A stretch of DNA of 62,881 bases, counting the filler, from Octopus bimaculoides (Eukaryota): assembly GCF_001194135.2 (NCBI RefSeq). It is 5 parts of 4 records of this genome, joined end to end, with 100 filler letters (N's around TTAATTAATTAA, not from the genome) between each part and the next. Parts side by side here need not be neighbours in the genome. Positions count along the whole stretch, not along the records: positions 60,246 to 62,881 come from NC_068982.1; 4 more parts are not named here. One strand, written 5' to 3'. The notes under the pieces were generated by a model. It did no database searches. It was not told the origin of the DNA and saw only the letters and a list, made by a program, of their open reading frames with translations. Below are positions 61,953-62,881 of the stretch, one piece after another (position 1 is the first letter of the stretch; each line of letters begins with the position of its first letter). A program made the translations under genes and the position numbers.

Positions 61953-62570
61953 GCCAATCATGCTGCTAAGGAATTTAGATGCTCCAATAATGTGCAATGG
62001 TATGTGGATGATTATCAAAAAATTGTGCTTCCGAGTTCTGTAGGCAACAATCTTGAATGAACCAACCTCTGGCTAAGACATACTTATAACTCCCATTCCC
62101 CTTACCCACTCCGATACGACCTACAAGTTTAAACAGATGCAATTTCCCATCCAATTCTGCTTTCCCATGACAATCAACAAGGCGTAGGGACAATCAGTGC
62201 AAGTGGTTGGTTTGAATCTGAAAGAGCAAATATTCTCACACACACAACTGTATGTTGGTTGTCCCCATGGTCTTTCTATTTGTGCACCCGAGGGAAGGAC
62301 GAAGAATGTTGTCTACCAAGAGGCACTCCAATGATAACAACAGCAACTTCAACTGCTCCAATTTCAACTCCGCAATATTTTCATCGTCCTGCCAGCCCAC
62401 GTAAGTCCAGTCTTGCTTTGCTCTCCTTACTAACTCACCATGACATTCTTTTTTTTCTACCAAGATCTGTCGCCCAAACACCACTTTTGTATCCACTTCT
62501 TCCTCTTTTTTGTCTTCGTTTTTCTCTTCGCGTCATTCTATGACCGGTTGAAACCGGGCTTAGCAGCTAG
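61953..62570 (+). mobile_element. Helitron 3' portion: PIF1-like helicase C-terminus, 3' UTR, terminal hairpin and CTAG
   Basis: PIMLLRNLDAPIMCNG...QFPIQFCFPMTINKA*GQSVQVVGLNL...FSHTQLYVG...GRTKNVVYQEALQ*; hairpin ccggt-tgaa-accgg 62544-62557, then CTAG (62567-62570)|T. Confidence 0.88.
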
Positions 62571-62881
62571 TATATATATATATATATATATATATGTCAG
62601 TAAATAGTGGGGTTGTGTTAACCACACGTGGAGAAATAATAGGAAAATGAAAAATAATAATAAGGCAGAATGCTAAACTGAAAGCATATTTTAATATAGA
62701 TTTCTAACTGGCTTTCATTGCATGGCAAATTTTCAAGAAGAGGGAGAATGAAAATGATTTTTACAAAAAAGTAAAGAATAATATATAAAAAAAATAATAT
62801 ATAAAAAAATAAATATACCAATACATTATATTGTCTTTGAGCTTTTAAAGTTCAATGGTAATCCATGTAGATAATAGTTGA

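Overview
AT-rich, microsatellite-saturated animal DNA with many assembly gaps. The SINE families and repeat texture point to an octopus (coleoid cephalopod); this is inference from recall, not a database result. No host protein-coding gene is supportable, and almost all ORF-track entries are microsatellite or N-run artefacts. Four 100-bp linkers (44N-TTAATTAATTAA-44N) show that five joined scaffolds are present: 1-26985, 27086-37191, 37292-56613, 56714-60145 and 60246-62881. Recognisable content is a transposon graveyard. It includes about 30 tRNA-derived SINE copies from several modular families; LINE relics (HERO/NeSL-like, R4/Dong-like, RTE); a Penelope-like GIY-YIG 3' end; mariner fragments and MITEs; a near full-length decayed Buster-type hAT (57034-59999) plus a second hAT relic; and a Helitron 3' end. 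The most interesting signals are: (1) a Penelope 3' region carrying a tRNA-like Pol III promoter directly upstream of a minimal hammerhead ribozyme; (2) several fold-back palindromes, including an RTE-tail hairpin with an inverted 30-bp target duplication; (3) a mariner made of two inverted 5' ends; (4) a 349-bp, ~99% identical inverted repeat 4 kb apart that encloses further hairpins; and (5) head/body/tail shuffling among SINE families. All alignments were done by eye.
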